This document shows, one piece after another, positions 63,758 through 64,000 of a stretch of 64,000 bases of DNA. The position numbers and the translations under genes were made by a program. Positions within the stretch are counted from its first letter, which is position 1. Every line of letters begins with the position of its first letter. Under the pieces are notes generated by a model. The model saw nothing but the letters and a program-made list of their open reading frames with translations, had not been told where the DNA came from and did not search any database. Source of the stretch: Patescibacteria group bacterium (GTDB lineage Bacteria; Patescibacteriota; Patescibacteriia; 2-12-FULL-57-11); the NCBI GenBank assembly GCA_004297205.1, contig SCUL01000001.1, positions 157,862 through 221,861 on the forward strand, in the 5' to 3' direction.

Positions 63758-64000
63758 CGCAGGTAGCGTTCTTTATTGGCGACATGCTCGGAAAAGGTCC
63801 GCGCATAGTGCACCTGTCCCTCGGCATCGGTCAAAAAGTAGACGTACGGATTCGGCGTCGGGGCGAGCACGGCCTTGATCGCCGAAAGCGACGGGTTGCT
63901 GATCGGCGAGGGCGGCAAACCACGGTTCTGATAGGTGTTCCAGGGCGAATCGATGTCACGGTCGGCGCTCGAAATGGACGGCGTCTTCTTGCCGGTGACG
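63758..64000 (-). CDS. mltG: endolytic murein transglycosylase MltG/YceG-like, C-terminal part (runs off window end)
   Basis: C-terminus ...GLPPSPISNPSLSAIKAVLAPTPNPYVYFLTDAEGQVHYARTFSEHVANKERYLR* matches the MltG C-terminal region. Confidence 0.55.

Overview
This is a GC-rich (~65%) bacterial chromosomal segment, compact, with almost every gene on the minus strand. I see no CRISPR array, no integrase or transposase and no recognisable defence system.

It mixes housekeeping genes with cell-envelope genes.

- Translation genes: rplJ-rplL, frr, glycyl-tRNA synthetase, trpS, a TsaB-like gene, rlmI, rnc and three tRNAs.
- DNA metabolism genes: holB, xseA/xseB, pcrA/uvrD and a RecB-like nuclease.
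- Metabolic genes: tpiA, a purN-like formyltransferase, ribA, ribD, metK, UMP kinase and malic enzyme.
- Envelope genes: mreB, GT4/GT2/membrane glycosyltransferases, DUF4012, an ECF sigma/anti-sigma pair, DUF2207, a C39-like peptidase, cyclophilin, SGNH/BNR/Kelch surface proteins, a P-type ATPase and a CaCA antiporter.

The non-routine content is:

1. An AT-richer ~1.3-kb islet between a full tRNA-Tyr and a 34-42-bp direct repeat of its 3' end. The islet carries a divergent peptide-deformylase-like gene and a small basic-protein gene.
2. A family of about five ~80-125-bp palindromic intergenic elements with termini TGTCATCCTGAGCG...CGCTCAGAATGACA.
3. A (CT)10 dinucleotide tract just upstream of a ~1000-aa surface hydrolase gene.
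4. A low-GC membrane-protein gene translationally coupled between two GT2 genes.
5. A tandem-duplicated-domain hypothetical gene inserted between xseA and xseB.
6. Near-identical TTGACAAAACCG...TGATAT promoters on otherwise unrelated genes.

Many long antisense ORFs in the six-frame track are GC-content artefacts and are not called. Coordinates for protein genes follow the supplied ORF track, with internal starts chosen by homology. tRNA, repeat and terminator coordinates were read from the printed sequence and may be off by 1-3 nt.
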